The notes under the pieces were generated by a model. It had not been told where the DNA came from. It saw nothing but the letters and a program-made list of their open reading frames with translations, and searched no databases. The position numbers and the translations under genes were made by a program. Source: an uncultured Bacilli bacterium (lineage in GTDB: Bacteria; Bacillota_I; Bacilli_A; RF39; UBA660). From it: a stretch of 59,625 nt of DNA. This document shows, one piece after another, positions 58,907-59,625 of the stretch; the first letter of the stretch is position 1; the number at the start of each line of letters is the position of its first letter. Location: positions 1 to 59,625 of the forward strand of contig CANQBE010000004.1 of the NCBI GenBank assembly GCA_947589515.1, given 5' to 3'.

Positions 58907-59625
58907 GTGTTAATTTTGAATAATAAATTAGAAACAATTTCAAATCTTTTTGATGGTAAAGAAATAAGAAGTATTTGGGATGATGAAAAAGAAGAATATT
59001 ACTTTAGTGTTGTTGATGTTATAAATGCATTAACTGATAGTAGTGATGCTAGAAAATATTGGTCTGTATTAAAGTTAAGATTGAAAAAAGAAGGATCTGA
59101 GTTGACTACAAAATGTAGTCAACTGAAATTAAAAGCAAAAGATGGAAAATTTTATAACACTGATGTATTAGATACTAAGGGAATTTTAAGATTAATTGAA
59201 TCCGTCCCATCAAATAAAGCAGAACCATTTAAACTGTGGCTTGCAAATTTAGGAAGTGAAAGAATTGATGAAGTATTTGATCCTGAAATTGCAGTTAATA
59301 GAGCGGTAGAATATTATCGTAAAAAAGGATATAATGATGAATGGATAAAGTCAAGGTTAAATGGTATTGTAGATTGATTTAAGCTTACCGATATATGGAA
59401 AGAAGGAGGACTTACTAAACCATTAGAATACGCTCTTTTAACTAACGAAATATATAAAGGTTTGTCTAATATGACTGCTTCTGAATATAAAAAAATAAAA
59501 GGCCTTAGAAAAGAATCGTTAAGAGATAATATGACTGATATTGAAATAGCTCTAACAAATATTGGTGAAATAGCAACAAGGGATATTGCAAGAGAAGAAC
59601 ATCCAAAAGGATTAAAAGAAAATTT
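58907..59625 (+). pseudogene. BRO-N (antirepressor-like) gene interrupted by an in-frame TGA at 59375-59377
   Basis: IRSIWD..YFSVVDVI, KAEPFKLWLA; the same frame continues FKLTDIWKE..ESLRDNMTD to the window end. Confidence 0.85.

Noticed and set aside
59375-59377. In-frame TGA as evidence of genetic code 4 or recoding
   Set aside because: TGA terminates intact genes here (nadE, rimM, ATGA overlaps) and conserved Trp codons are TGG; a point nonsense mutation or sequencing error is simpler

Overview
AT-rich chromosomal window from a reduced, probably spore-forming Bacillota genome. An RF39/UBA660-like Bacilli lineage is my inference from gene content. Most genes lie on the + strand. Backbone: ArsR+CadA metal efflux pair; a 9-gene NAD+ salvage/ADP-ribose cluster (unknown gene, pncA, pncB with an extra N-terminal domain, ADPR Nudix, nadE, nadD, ADP-ribosylglycohydrolase, pncC, nrtR); a gerA-type operon; rlmD, mraZ-rsmH-ftsL-pbp; ABC transporters; a giant repeat-rich prepilin-type protein; rpmG-efp-spoIIIAH-gerE-gerM; sspI, trmH-rimM-trmD, rplS-lepB; and an accessory tail ending in a broken BRO gene. 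The most striking unannotated structure is downstream of two different tRNA genes 35 kb apart, tRNA-Thr(GGT) and tRNA-Arg(TCT). Each is followed by a tandem array of 0.3-1.1 kb integrase-less cassettes separated by junctions that copy the tRNA ...CACCA end between conserved arms. The cassettes carry single cargo genes and three copies of an unannotated small-membrane-peptide/antisense-RNA (type I TA-like) module. All family assignments come from motif recognition by eye; no database search was run.
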